Origin: an uncultured SAR86 cluster bacterium
GTDB lineage: Bacteria > Pseudomonadota > Gammaproteobacteria > Magnimaribacterales > D2472
Direction: 5' to 3'
DNA: 64,000 nt
Assembly (NCBI GenBank): GCA_902557575.1
Contig: CACEAR010000001.1
Span: 406,674-470,673 of the forward strand
Both the position numbers and the translations under genes were made by a program. The notes under the pieces are model-generated. The model was not told the origin of the DNA and ran no database searches. It saw nothing but the letters and a program-made list of their open reading frames with translations. Positions 44,211 to 54,501 of the stretch are shown here, piece after piece (positions within the stretch are counted from its first letter, which is position 1; every line of letters starts with the position of its first letter).

Positions 44211-46133
44211 ATGTCAAAAATAATAGGAATAGATTTAGGTACAACAAATAGTTGTGTTGCTGTTGTAGAGGGGCAACAGCCAAAAGTTATTGAAAATTCA
44301 GAAGGTGGAAGAACCACTCCTTCAGTTATTGCTTATACTGATGGTGATGAAGTTCTTGTTGGAACACCTGCCAAAAGACAGGCTGTAACCAATCCTGAAA
44401 AAACTCTATATGCCATTAAAAGATTAATTGGAAGAAGGTTTAGCGATGATGTTGTTAAAAAAGATGCTGATATGGTTCCTTACAAGATCATCAAAGCAGA
44501 CAATGGTGATGCTTGGGTTGGGGTAGATGACAAAAAATTAGCACCACCACAAGTTTCTGCAGAAATACTCAAGAAAATGAAAAAAACTGCTGAAGATTAT
44601 CTTGGCACAGATGTTAAGGAAGCAGTTATAACTGTCCCAGCTTATTTTAATGACTCCCAAAGACAGGCCACTAAAGATGCCGGGAAGATAGCAGGCTTAG
44701 AAGTTAAGCGAATAATTAATGAACCAACTGCAGCTGCATTGGCCTATGGCCTTGATAAAGGTAAAGGAGATTCAGTTATTGCTGTATATGACCTTGGTGG
44801 CGGAACTTTTGATATTTCGATAATTGAAATATCGGAAGTTGATGGCGAACATCAGTTTGAGGTGCTATCAACAAATGGAGATACTTTCCTTGGAGGAGAG
44901 GATTTTGATTTAAGACTGATAGACTTTTTTGTTGAAGAGTTTAAAAAAGATTCAGGGTTTGATTTGAAAAGTGATCCGTTAGCTCTTCAAAGATTGAAAG
45001 AGGCTGCCGAAAAGGCAAAAATAGAATTATCTTCTTCAGAGCAGACTGAAGTTAATTTGCCTTACATTACTGCGGATGCTAGTGGCCCAAAGCACTTTGT
45101 TCAAAAAATTACCAGGGCTAAGTTAGAGTCATTAGTTGAAGATTTAGTTGATAGAAGCATATCTCCTCTTGAAACAGCATTAAAAGATGCAAAACTCACA
45201 AAGGATAAAATTGATGACATTCTTCTTGTTGGCGGTCAAACCAGAATGCCTCTTGTTCAGAAAAAAGTTCAAGATTTTTTTGGAAAAGAGCCTCGAAAAG
45301 ATTTAAACCCTGATGAAGCTGTAGCAATTGGTGCAGCGATTCAAGGATCAGTTCTATCTGGAGATACAAAAGATGTACTTCTTCTAGATGTTACACCTTT
45401 AACGCTAGGAATAGAGACTCTTGGTGGGGTAGCAACACCTTTAATTGAAAAGAATACGACTATCCCAACTCAAAAATCACAAGTTTTTTCGACCGCTGAG
45501 GACAACCAAACTGCTGTTACAGTTCATGTAATCCAAGGTGAAAGAAAACAGGCAGCTCAAAACAAATCATTAGGGCAATTTAACCTTACTGATATACCTC
45601 CAGCAGCAAGAGGAATGCCTCAAATCGAAGTTTCTTTTGACTTAGATGCTAATGGTATTTTGAATGTTTCAGCAAAAGATAAAAATTCTGGCAAAGAGCA
45701 ATCCATAGTCATTAAAGCTTCAAGTGGATTATCAGATGAAGACATTGAAAAAATGGTAAAAGATGCTGAAGCAAATGCTGAGGATGATGCTAAGTTTGAA
45801 GAGCTCGTAAAAGTTAAAAATAATGCAGACATGCTATGTCATGCTACAAGAAAAACAGTTTCTGATTCGGGTGATAAATTATCAGATGAGGAAAAAGAAC
45901 AAATTGAAGTTGCGGTTAAAGGTCTTGAGGACGCAGTTAAAGCAGAAAATGTTGAGCAAATTGAAGAAGCGACTAAAGCATTGAATGATGTGTTAACTCC
46001 TCTATCATCAAAACTTTATAATCAACAGCAAGATGGTCAGCCTAATACCTCAGAAGGCACTGAAGATTCTCAGAGCAGTGACGACAATACGGTTGAAGCT
46101 GACTTTGAGGAAGTTCAAGAAGAGGATAAGTAG
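44211..46133 (+). CDS. dnaK: Chaperone DnaK
   Basis: [24 protein letters not shown]. Confidence 0.99.
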   Translation: MSKIIGIDLGTTNSCVAVVEGQQPKVIENSEGGRTTPSVIAYTDGDEVLVGTPAKRQAVTNPEKTLYAIKRLIGRRFSDDVVKKDADMVPYKIIKADNGDAWVGVDDKKLAPPQVSAEILKKMKKTAEDYLGTDVKEAVITVPAYFNDSQRQATKDAGKIAGLEVKRIINEPTAAALAYGLDKGKGDSVIAVYDLGGGTFDISIIEISEVDGEHQFEVLSTNGDTFLGGEDFDLRLIDFFVEEFKKDSGFDLKSDPLALQRLKEAAEKAKIELSSSEQTEVNLPYITADASGPKHFVQKITRAKLESLVEDLVDRSISPLETALKDAKLTKDKIDDILLVGGQTRMPLVQKKVQDFFGKEPRKDLNPDEAVAIGAAIQGSVLSGDTKDVLLLDVTPLTLGIETLGGVATPLIEKNTTIPTQKSQVFSTAEDNQTAVTVHVIQGERKQAAQNKSLGQFNLTDIPPAARGMPQIEVSFDLDANGILNVSAKDKNSGKEQSIVIKASSGLSDEDIEKMVKDAEANAEDDAKFEELVKVKNNADMLCHATRKTVSDSGDKLSDEEKEQIEVAVKGLEDAVKAENVEQIEEATKALNDVLTPLSSKLYNQQQDGQPNTSEGTEDSQSSDDNTVEADFEEVQEEDK

Positions 46134-46148
46134 TAATACTTCTTTACC

Positions 46149-47258
46149 ATGTCAAAAAGAGACTATTACGATGTTTTGGGAGTCTCTAAAAGCGCTTCGG
46201 ACTCAGAGTTAAAAAAAGCTTTTAAAAAGCTTGCCATGAAGTATCATCCTGATAGAAATCCTGATGATGATTCAGCAGCAGAAAAGTTCAAAGAAGCTGC
46301 CGAAGCATATGATGTTTTATCTGATCCACAAAAAAAATCTACATATGATCAATTCGGTCATGCTGGAGTTCAGGGGATGGGCGGTGGTCCAAACTTTAAT
46401 GACATGAATTTTTCTGATATTGGAGACATATTTGGAGATATTTTTGGAGATATATTTGGAGGTGGAAGGTCAACAACAAGAAGAGCTAGAAGGGGTCAAG
46501 ATCTTCAATATAATCTTAGTCTATCTCTAAAAGACGCTGTTTTAGGAACAAAGATTAAAATCAAAGTGCCAGTTCAATCACAGTGTAATGATTGTTCTGG
46601 AACTGGAGCAAAGCCTGGAACTAAACCCAAAGTTTGTCCAGCATGTGGAGGCACAGGCCAAATTAGAATGCAACAAGGTTTTTTTTCACTTCAACAAACA
46701 TGTGGAACTTGTGGAGGAACTGGCCAAGTTATTTCTGAATTTTGTTCGACATGTTCAGGAAAAGGAACTATTGAGAAGGTAAAAACTTTATCAGTAAATA
46801 TTCCTGCTGGAGTAGATACTGGAGACAGGGTTAGACTATCTGGAGAGGGAAACTGGGCAAGAGATGCACAGCCTGGAGATCTATATGTTGCTGTGCGAGT
46901 CGATGATCATCCTATCCTCGAAAGAGATGGCAAAGATTTATTCATAGAAGCTCCTATACCTTTTTATAAAGCTATCACAGGAGGCTCAATTGAAATTCCA
47001 TCTTTAGAAAAGAATATCTCACTTAAAATTCCACCATATACTCAAACTGGAAAAATTTTTAGAATTAAAGGTAAAGGTGCTAGTCACATAAGATCGAGAG
47101 GTAGGGGTGATCTATTATGCAGAGTAATTGTTGAAATACCCACAACACTTGATAAAAAACAACTTAAAGCACTTGAAGAATTTTCAAAATCAACAGATGA
47201 AAGCAAGAATTTCCCTGGCACCGATCAATTCAAAAAGGTATTCAAAGAGTTAGATTAA
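46149..47258 (+). CDS. dnaJ: Chaperone DnaJ
   Basis: HPD motif, DIF repeats, four CxxCxGxG. Confidence 0.99.
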   Translation: MSKRDYYDVLGVSKSASDSELKKAFKKLAMKYHPDRNPDDDSAAEKFKEAAEAYDVLSDPQKKSTYDQFGHAGVQGMGGGPNFNDMNFSDIGDIFGDIFGDIFGGGRSTTRRARRGQDLQYNLSLSLKDAVLGTKIKIKVPVQSQCNDCSGTGAKPGTKPKVCPACGGTGQIRMQQGFFSLQQTCGTCGGTGQVISEFCSTCSGKGTIEKVKTLSVNIPAGVDTGDRVRLSGEGNWARDAQPGDLYVAVRVDDHPILERDGKDLFIEAPIPFYKAITGGSIEIPSLEKNISLKIPPYTQTGKIFRIKGKGASHIRSRGRGDLLCRVIVEIPTTLDKKQLKALEEFSKSTDESKNFPGTDQFKKVFKELD

Positions 47259-47266
47259 ATTTCTCT

Positions 47267-47300
47267 TTGATTTATGCATCATTTTCTATAAAATACACTA
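47267..47300 (+). promoter_or_regulatory. Sigma70 promoter for rpsB-tsf
   Basis: TTGATT-N16-TAAAAT-ACACTA. Confidence 0.6.
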
Positions 47301-47306
47301 ACTTTT

Positions 47307-47384
47307 AATCACGAAAGCCTTATTAAAGATTGATTTGGGTGCTTTTTTTAAAGTTTTTCAATTATAGGCTGGAGAAATAACCCA
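47307..47384 (+). ncRNA. S2 leader (t44-like rpsB autoregulatory RNA)
   Basis: AGCCTTAT/ATAGGCT stem enclosing GGGTGC, followed by TGGAG..ATAACCCA, the hallmark motifs of rpsB leaders. Confidence 0.75.
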
Positions 47385-47395
47385 GGAGGAAAAAT

Positions 47396-48385
47396 ATGAG
47401 TATTGTCTCAATAAAAGACCTGCTTCAGGCAGGTGTTCATTTTGGTCATCAATCAAGATTCTGGAATCCAAAAATGGAAGAATATATATTCGACACCAGA
47501 AAAAAAATAAGCATTATCAATTTAGAAACAACCCAAAGTCAGTTAAATGCAGCTGCATCAAGAGTTGAATCTATTTGCTCAAGAGGAAACAAATTACTAT
47601 TTGTAGGAACAAAAAGATCAGCAAGCAAATCAATTAGAGAAAAAGCATCATCACTTGGCCTTCCTTATGTAGATAAAAGATGGCTTGGTGGAACACTGAC
47701 AAACTGGAAAACTATTCGAAGCTCGATCAGAAGGCTATCGGATTTAGAGGAAATGATGTCATCAGGCAGGATAGAAAAACTTTCAAAAAAAGAGGCACTT
47801 GAGATTTCAAGAGAGCATCAAAAACTAATGGAATCTATTGGTGGTATTAAAAACATGAAAGGGCTTCCAGATGCCTTATTTGTTATCGATGTTAAACATG
47901 AAAAAATTGCAGTAACTGAAGCTCAAAAAATGGGAATTCCAGTTATTGGTCTTGTTGATACAAACTCTAACCCTGAAGGTATAGATGTTGTTATTCCTGG
48001 AAACGATGACGCAATCAGATCAATTAAGTTAGTCCTTGAAGTCATTGGTGAGGCTTGTGAGAGAGGTCTAGAATCAAAACAAGGTTATGCTCCAGAAACA
48101 TCTAGCGATGAATCAGTTCCAGTTATACATAAAGTAAGTGAAGTAAAAATTACTTCAGGTAAAGCTTTAAATCTAGTCGATGAAGCAACGAAAGATGATT
48201 TTTTACCTGAAGAGAGCATTGAAGAAACTAATGTTGAAGATGATAAACAAGAGTCAGAAAATCAAGAAAATGCAGAAGTAACTAATGAGACTTCCCCTAA
48301 CGAGGAAACAGAAGTTAAGAGTGATGTTTCTGAAGAGGAACCAAAAGAAGAGAAAGCTGAAGAAAGCGAAAAAGGAGAAACCTAA
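47396..48385 (+). CDS. rpsB: 30S ribosomal protein S2 with ~100 aa acidic tail
   Basis: [27 protein letters not shown]. Confidence 0.99.
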   Translation: MSIVSIKDLLQAGVHFGHQSRFWNPKMEEYIFDTRKKISIINLETTQSQLNAAASRVESICSRGNKLLFVGTKRSASKSIREKASSLGLPYVDKRWLGGTLTNWKTIRSSIRRLSDLEEMMSSGRIEKLSKKEALEISREHQKLMESIGGIKNMKGLPDALFVIDVKHEKIAVTEAQKMGIPVIGLVDTNSNPEGIDVVIPGNDDAIRSIKLVLEVIGEACERGLESKQGYAPETSSDESVPVIHKVSEVKITSGKALNLVDEATKDDFLPEESIEETNVEDDKQESENQENAEVTNETSPNEETEVKSDVSEEEPKEEKAEESEKGET

Positions 48386-49248
48386 TGGAAATAAAGGCAT
48401 CCCAAGTAAAAGAACTAAGAGAACTTTCTGGTGTTGGAATGATGGAATGCAAAAAAGCCTTAGTAGAAGTTGAGGGAGATATAGAAAAAGCTTTGGATCT
48501 TCTTCGTTCTAACAGTGCTCTCAAGGCTGAAAAGAAATCGGCTCGTGTGGCAGCAGATGGCGTAATAAAAGTTCATGTTTCAGAAAATTATGCAACTATG
48601 GTTGAAATCAACTCTGAAACTGATTTTGCTGCTAAAGATGATAGTTTCATTGAGTTTGCAAAGAATATCGAAGAAAGACTTGTCAGCAAGAAATATCTTG
48701 ATGTAGAAGATTTAAAGAAGGATGTTGAGGAAGATCGACAAAAACTTGTTCAGTCAATCGGAGAAAATATTCAAGTAAGAAGATTGGCTACCCAAGAATT
48801 TGATAGTTCAAAAAAGGTCGGGACTTATCTTCATTCTGATAACAAACTTGCTGCAATGGTTTTATTAAAAGAAGAAAATGATGAACTCGGAAGAGATATT
48901 GCTATGCATATTTCTGCTTCAGCTCCTTTATCAATAAATGAAGATGGGGTTGATAAAGAAGTTCTTGAAAGAGAGACAAATATTTTTGAATCTCAAGCAA
49001 AGGAGTCAGGCAAAGACGAAAATATCATGCAAAAAATGGTTGAAGGAAAGATAAAAAGATTTCTTAAAGAAGTTACACTACTTTCTCAAGACTTTATAAA
49101 GGATCCTGATACCTCTATTTCAAAACTCCTTGAAAATAGCGATAATGAGGTAATCTCATTTGAAAGATTCAAAGTTGGTGAGGGCATAGAAGTATCTTCA
49201 AAAGATTTTGCAGAGGAGGTTGCTGAACAACTTAATAAAGATGGCTGA
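48385..49248 (+). CDS. tsf: Elongation factor Ts
   Basis: VKELRE..GVGMMECKKAL, EINSETDFAA, FERFKVGEG. Confidence 0.99.
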   Translation: MEIKASQVKELRELSGVGMMECKKALVEVEGDIEKALDLLRSNSALKAEKKSARVAADGVIKVHVSENYATMVEINSETDFAAKDDSFIEFAKNIEERLVSKKYLDVEDLKKDVEEDRQKLVQSIGENIQVRRLATQEFDSSKKVGTYLHSDNKLAAMVLLKEENDELGRDIAMHISASAPLSINEDGVDKEVLERETNIFESQAKESGKDENIMQKMVEGKIKRFLKEVTLLSQDFIKDPDTSISKLLENSDNEVISFERFKVGEGIEVSSKDFAEEVAEQLNKDG

Positions 49249-49954
49249 TTTAAAATACTCAAGACTTCTTGTAAAGTTCAGTGGCGAATCTGTTGCAGGT
49301 GAAGAGGGGATTGGCATTGACCCCAAAATTTTAGACTCAATGGCCGTATCAATTAAATTATGCAAAGAGCTTGGCGCCGAAATTGGGATAGTCATAGGTG
49401 GAGGAAACTTATTTCGAGGAGAAAGGCTAAGTCAATCTGGAATGGATAGAGTTGCTGGGGATCATATGGGAATGTTAGCAACTGTGATGAATGGAATTGC
49501 CTTGAGGGATGCTCTTGAAAGGGCCAATGTTAAAACAAGAGTTATGTCAGCTCTCTCAATTTCAGGACTTGTTGAGCATTTTGATAGAAGAAGAGCTATT
49601 CAGCTTCTTAAAGATGGATACGTAGTTATATTTACTGCGGGAACTGGAAATCCTTTTTTTACAACTGACACTGCAGGTTGTCTTAGGGCGGTAGAAACTC
49701 AATCAGATATTATGCTAAAAGCTACTAGAGTTGATGGTGTATATTCAGCTGATCCCGAGAAAGATCCAAATGCCAAGTTTTATAAAAATATTTCTTTTGA
49801 AGAAGCAATTTCAAAAAATCTTCGAATTATGGATGGCACAGCTCTGACGCTAGCAAAAGATCATAAGCTGCCAATTAAAGTATTTAATTTGAAGGATGAG
49901 AACTCGCTATCATCAATTGCTAAAGGGGAAGATATAGGAACATTAATATCATGA
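49241..49954 (+). CDS. pyrH: UMP kinase
   Basis: KFSGES, GGGNLFRG, GTGNPFFTTDT, IMD. Confidence 0.98.
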   Translation: MADLKYSRLLVKFSGESVAGEEGIGIDPKILDSMAVSIKLCKELGAEIGIVIGGGNLFRGERLSQSGMDRVAGDHMGMLATVMNGIALRDALERANVKTRVMSALSISGLVEHFDRRRAIQLLKDGYVVIFTAGTGNPFFTTDTAGCLRAVETQSDIMLKATRVDGVYSADPEKDPNAKFYKNISFEEAISKNLRIMDGTALTLAKDHKLPIKVFNLKDENSLSSIAKGEDIGTLIS

Positions 49955-50505
49955 ATACAATAAAAGATGAGACTACTGAAAGAATGCAAAAGTGTATGGA
50001 TTCTTTATCAAATCAATTTAATAAAATTAGAACTGGAAGGGCTAACCCTTCTATATTGGACTCTGTAAAAGTTGATTACTATGGTAATCAAACGCCTATT
50101 AATCAAACTGCAAATATAAGCGTTGAAGAAAATAGAACATTAGTAATATCTCCATGGGATAAGACACTAATGCCAGAAATCGAAAAGGCCATAATTTCTT
50201 CTGATCTTGGATTAAACCCAAGCTCATCTGGCGATCTCATTAGAATAACAATGCCAGCTCTTACTGAAGAAACTAGGCAAGACTATATTAAACAAGCTAG
50301 GACTGAGGCTGAAAATGCAAGAATTTCTATAAGAAGTGTTAGACGCGATAGTAATCAAACCGCTAGAGATTTAAACACGAAAAGCGAGCTTTCTGATGAT
50401 GAATTAAGAGATTTGGAGGTAGAAATCCAAGAAATCACAGATAAATTTATATCTATGATAGATGATCAACTTAAGCATAAAGAAGACGATTTAATTCAAA
50501 TCTAG
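49951..50505 (+). CDS. frr: Ribosome recycling factor
   Basis: IRTGRANPS, PALTEETR. Confidence 0.98.
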   Translation: MNTIKDETTERMQKCMDSLSNQFNKIRTGRANPSILDSVKVDYYGNQTPINQTANISVEENRTLVISPWDKTLMPEIEKAIISSDLGLNPSSSGDLIRITMPALTEETRQDYIKQARTEAENARISIRSVRRDSNQTARDLNTKSELSDDELRDLEVEIQEITDKFISMIDDQLKHKEDDLIQI

Positions 50506-50513
50506 TCATAAAA

Positions 50514-51200
50514 ATGAACCTGAAAAATATAGCTATCATTATGGATGGTAATGGGCGTTGGGCAAAAAAAAATAATCTTCAAATTAAAGAAGGTCATGCT
50601 AGGGGAGTATCAGCACTCAAGGAAATAGTTAAGGAATCAGTTAATCAAAATATTGAATCTCTTACGGTTTATGCATTCAGCACGGAAAATTGGAAAAGAC
50701 CAAAGTCTGAAGTCAAAGCCATAAACAATCTTATTGTTAATAGTATTAATAATGAGCTGGATGAATTAATTGAGCAAAAGGTAAAAGTCAGATTTTTTGG
50801 CGATTATTCTAATTTCGGCAAAAAAACTTATGAAAAAATCAAATTTGCTGAAGAGAAATCTTTCAGTAATAAACCTAAACTAAGACTAAATGTAGCACTT
50901 GGTTATGGTGGTAAAATGGATATTATTAATATCGCAAGAGAGGTATCTAGATTGAAAATTAAAGCATCTGATATCAATGACCATACAATTAATGAATTAT
51001 CGCAAGTTCCTGAATCCAGCATTGATTTACTAATTAGGACTGGAGGAGATACAAGGATAAGCAATTTTCTTTTATATCAAATAGCTTATTCTGAGATCCA
51101 TTTTGTTAGAAAACTCTGGCCAGATTATTCAAAACAGGATTTTAAAAGAAACATAAACAAATATTTTAATTCGGAGCGAAGATTCGGTGAGCGAACTTAA
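50514..51200 (+). CDS. uppS: Undecaprenyl diphosphate synthase
   Basis: IIMDGNGRWA, YAFSTENW, RTGG..RISNFLL. Confidence 0.97.
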   Translation: MNLKNIAIIMDGNGRWAKKNNLQIKEGHARGVSALKEIVKESVNQNIESLTVYAFSTENWKRPKSEVKAINNLIVNSINNELDELIEQKVKVRFFGDYSNFGKKTYEKIKFAEEKSFSNKPKLRLNVALGYGGKMDIINIAREVSRLKIKASDINDHTINELSQVPESSIDLLIRTGGDTRISNFLLYQIAYSEIHFVRKLWPDYSKQDFKRNINKYFNSERRFGERT

Positions 51201-52014
51201 ACAAGAATTTTTACAGCGTTCAATAACTGCAATTTTTATTTCAGCTATTGTTATCACTTTGATACTTTACTCATCAAATCTGATTTTGAATATTTTCATA
51301 TCTATACTTTCTTTGGCTTTGTTCCTCGAATGGATGTCAGTTTCAAAATCAAGTAATGGAAAGAGATTAATTTTTTTAATATTGTTTATTATCTTAATAA
51401 GCGCTAATCATTATTTTGGAGGATTATTTGAACCAATATCATTTATAACAATGTTGGGAATAACGGTTTGGATTGTAGTTGCTTATCAAATATTCTTTAA
51501 ACAAGGGCGTTTATCTTCAAATTTTGCATTTAATAATTTTTGGATTGGTTTGCTATTAATATCCGCTTTTTGTTTGGTATGTTTTCAATTAGTAACCGGA
51601 TCTAGAATATTTCTATTAGCAGTTATTTTTAATATTGCAGTTTTTGATACCGGTGCATATATTATTGGTAAAAACCTAGGAAAAAATTCATTTCTTCCCA
51701 AGCTAAGCCCTAACAAAACCATCGAAGGATTAATCGGCGGCCTCATGTCTAGTTTATTTTTTGTTATATGTGCATACTTATTCCTAGAAGAGGTTTCTCT
51801 TGTACTCGCACTAACAATGATTCTTTCAATCCCATTCGCATTATGCGGAGACTACTTTTTTAGTTTTTTAAAAAGAAAGGCAGATGTTAAAGATACAGGT
51901 AGTATTCTCCCTGGGCATGGAGGCTTACTCGACAGAGTTGATTCTCATTTAGCGGCTATTCCAATGACTTTATTTTTTTCACTTCTCTTACATACGGCAG
52001 GATCATACTTTTGA
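51187..52014 (+). CDS. cdsA: Phosphatidate cytidylyltransferase
   Basis: DTGAY, LSPNKTIEG, KDTGSILPGHGGLLDRVDS. Confidence 0.96.
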   Translation: MSELKQEFLQRSITAIFISAIVITLILYSSNLILNIFISILSLALFLEWMSVSKSSNGKRLIFLILFIILISANHYFGGLFEPISFITMLGITVWIVVAYQIFFKQGRLSSNFAFNNFWIGLLLISAFCLVCFQLVTGSRIFLLAVIFNIAVFDTGAYIIGKNLGKNSFLPKLSPNKTIEGLIGGLMSSLFFVICAYLFLEEVSLVLALTMILSIPFALCGDYFFSFLKRKADVKDTGSILPGHGGLLDRVDSHLAAIPMTLFFSLLLHTAGSYF

Positions 52015-53159
52015 AAAAGATATTCATTCTTGGTGCATCTGGGAGTATTGGAGAAAATGCTTTATCTGTTATCGACTCAAACAAAGAAAACTTTGAACTA
52101 GTAGGCATTTCGGTAAACAGCAATGTTGAAAAGGCTAATAAGATTATTAAAAAGCATAATCCAAAATACATTTACATAAATGATAAATCAGCAATAGAAA
52201 ATATACTAAAAACGGAAGATACAGTTATTTGTGAAGATGAGAAAGAGCTTTCCGATATCTTCAATTCAAGTGATGTTGATATTGTAATCTCAGCCATATC
52301 AGGTTTTGCTGGAATTAAGTCGACTTTCCATGCAGCAAAATCAGGTAAAAAGATCCTTCTTGCCAATAAAGAAAGTATTGTGGCAGGCGGATCATTACTG
52401 ATGGAAACAGTAAGAGAAAATAATACCGAACTAGTCCCAATTGATAGCGAGCATAATGCTATCTTCCAATGCTTACCTGAATCTAGATCAACACAAGATG
52501 TTAAGCAAATAGTCATTACCGCCTCAGGAGGGCCCTTTCACGGAAGGAATATAGATGAACTCAATAATATTGGAGTCCAAGATGCACTCAATCACCCTAA
52601 CTGGGAAATGGGATCAAAGATTTCTATAGATTCAGCTACTCTTGTGAATAAGTGTTTGGAACTCATTGAAGCATGCTATTTATTTGATATGGATGAGAGC
52701 TTCTTTGAGCTTGTAATCCATCCCGAGAGCATTGTTCATTCGATAGTTACATTTAATGATGGATCTTCAATTTGCCAAATGAGTAATCCAGATATGCGTG
52801 TACCTATTGCTAATGCAATGTCAGATGATAAAAGACTTTCAATCCCGTTCCAGCCCATTGATTTTAATAATCTCAAGCTTAACTTTGAAAGCTTTCCAAA
52901 TGACAGAGCTGAAATTGTTAATTTGGCAAGAGAGGCTGTTCGAGAAGATAGCTCAAAGGGAATTTATTTTAATGCTGCCAATGAGATTGCAGTAGAAAAT
53001 TTTCTAAAGAAAAGGATTACATTTAGACAAATATATGAGGTAATTTTACGAACTTTTGATACAAAAGAGATGTCAAAGTTTAATAGTATTGAAGATATTT
53101 TTGAAATTGATAAGGAGGCACGCAATATATCTAATATGGTGATAAAATCACTAACTTAA
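52011..53159 (+). CDS. dxr: 1-deoxy-D-xylulose 5-phosphate reductoisomerase
   Basis: LGASGSIG, LANKES, PIDSEHNA, HPNWEMGSKISIDSAT. Confidence 0.97.
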   Translation: MKKIFILGASGSIGENALSVIDSNKENFELVGISVNSNVEKANKIIKKHNPKYIYINDKSAIENILKTEDTVICEDEKELSDIFNSSDVDIVISAISGFAGIKSTFHAAKSGKKILLANKESIVAGGSLLMETVRENNTELVPIDSEHNAIFQCLPESRSTQDVKQIVITASGGPFHGRNIDELNNIGVQDALNHPNWEMGSKISIDSATLVNKCLELIEACYLFDMDESFFELVIHPESIVHSIVTFNDGSSICQMSNPDMRVPIANAMSDDKRLSIPFQPIDFNNLKLNFESFPNDRAEIVNLAREAVREDSSKGIYFNAANEIAVENFLKKRITFRQIYEVILRTFDTKEMSKFNSIEDIFEIDKEARNISNMVIKSLT

Positions 53160-53166
53160 AACACTT

Positions 53167-54501
53167 ATGATAACTATAATTGCTTTTCTAATTCTTTTGG
53201 GTGTCCTTGTTGTAATTCATGAGGGCGGCCATTTCTTTGTTTTAAGAATGTGCAAAGTCCATGTTGATAGATTTTCAGTTGGCATGGGCCCAGTTATTTA
53301 TAAAAAGAAAGATAAAAAAGGGACTGAATTTGCTCTATCAGCATTACCTCTTGGAGGCTATGTGTCATATTTATCGAAGAAAGCTCTAGATGCTGAACCT
53401 GAAATGAAAAAAAACTTTACTGATGAGCAATTAGATAACTTATTCGAAACAAAACCTAAGTGGCAAAGAGCAGCTGTAATGTTTGCTGGCCCTCTTGCTA
53501 ATTTTATTCTTGCAGTATTTATATTTACCTTCATATTTTCATCCCAGCAAACGGTAAAACCAATTTTTCTTGTTGATGGTGAATATGTTTCTAGTTCTTC
53601 TATATCTGGTGACATTAATAAAAACGATATTCTTGTTTCCATAAATGGTGAAAAAATCTCAAATCCTACAGAATACAGACTTGCACTCTTAGCTAATGCT
53701 GGTCTAACTGGTGAAATAAATGCAGGCTTTTTAAATGCTAAAAGTTCTGAGGCATACTATAGAAATATAAGTGTTGTAGAATTTTTAAGTAATTCAGAAC
53801 AACAACAAGAACCAGAAAAGTTCTTTCCAATCGGGATAACATCTTACATATCTCCAGAAATTGGCTCACTCTCTAGGCAGGGACCAGCATCGCTTGCTGG
53901 AGTTATGGCAGGTGATAAAATATTAGAAATAGATGGTAAAAGCGTTAATCATTTTGCAGAGGTTTCAGATATCCTCACATCTTCATCTAATAGTAATGTT
54001 AATCTTGTAATTCAAAGAAATGGAGAAATAAAAAACTTTTTTATAAACACTGAAATCTCTGAAGCTGGTACTCCAATTCTTGGCATTTCAGCTGCATACA
54101 AAAGATCTATTTTTGAAGCTTTCACAAAGTCAGTCAGAGATACATATAATCTAAGTGTGAAAACACTTCTATTTATAGGAAAAATGATTACTGGAAATAT
54201 GGGTGCAGAAAATCTTAGCGGTCCTGTTGGAATTGCAAAGATGTCTGGTGAAGCATTTAGTGCAGGCTTTTTACCTTTTCTATATTTAATGGCTATTTTA
54301 AGCATTAGTTTAGGTGTGCTGAACTTGCTGCCAATTCCTGTTTTAGATGGCGGGCAACTTACCATGCTTGCGATAGAGGCGATAAGAGGAGAACCACTTC
54401 CTGCAAGAGTTGAAAATTTTGCATATACTCTAGGCGCATTGATGGTAGGATTTCTTCTAGTCTTTGCTGTAACAAATGATATTTTTAGGTGGGTAGGTTG
54501 A
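53167..54501 (+). CDS. rseP: Intramembrane zinc metalloprotease RseP
   Basis: HEGGH, AGPLAN, PDZ domains, NLLPIPVLDGG. Confidence 0.97.
   Translation: MITIIAFLILLGVLVVIHEGGHFFVLRMCKVHVDRFSVGMGPVIYKKKDKKGTEFALSALPLGGYVSYLSKKALDAEPEMKKNFTDEQLDNLFETKPKWQRAAVMFAGPLANFILAVFIFTFIFSSQQTVKPIFLVDGEYVSSSSISGDINKNDILVSINGEKISNPTEYRLALLANAGLTGEINAGFLNAKSSEAYYRNISVVEFLSNSEQQQEPEKFFPIGITSYISPEIGSLSRQGPASLAGVMAGDKILEIDGKSVNHFAEVSDILTSSSNSNVNLVIQRNGEIKNFFINTEISEAGTPILGISAAYKRSIFEAFTKSVRDTYNLSVKTLLFIGKMITGNMGAENLSGPVGIAKMSGEAFSAGFLPFLYLMAILSISLGVLNLLPIPVLDGGQLTMLAIEAIRGEPLPARVENFAYTLGALMVGFLLVFAVTNDIFRWVG

Noticed and set aside
46416-46460. 12-bp tandem repeat ATATTTGGAGAT-like in dnaJ
   Set aside because: Encodes the normal DIF repeats of the DnaJ G/F region
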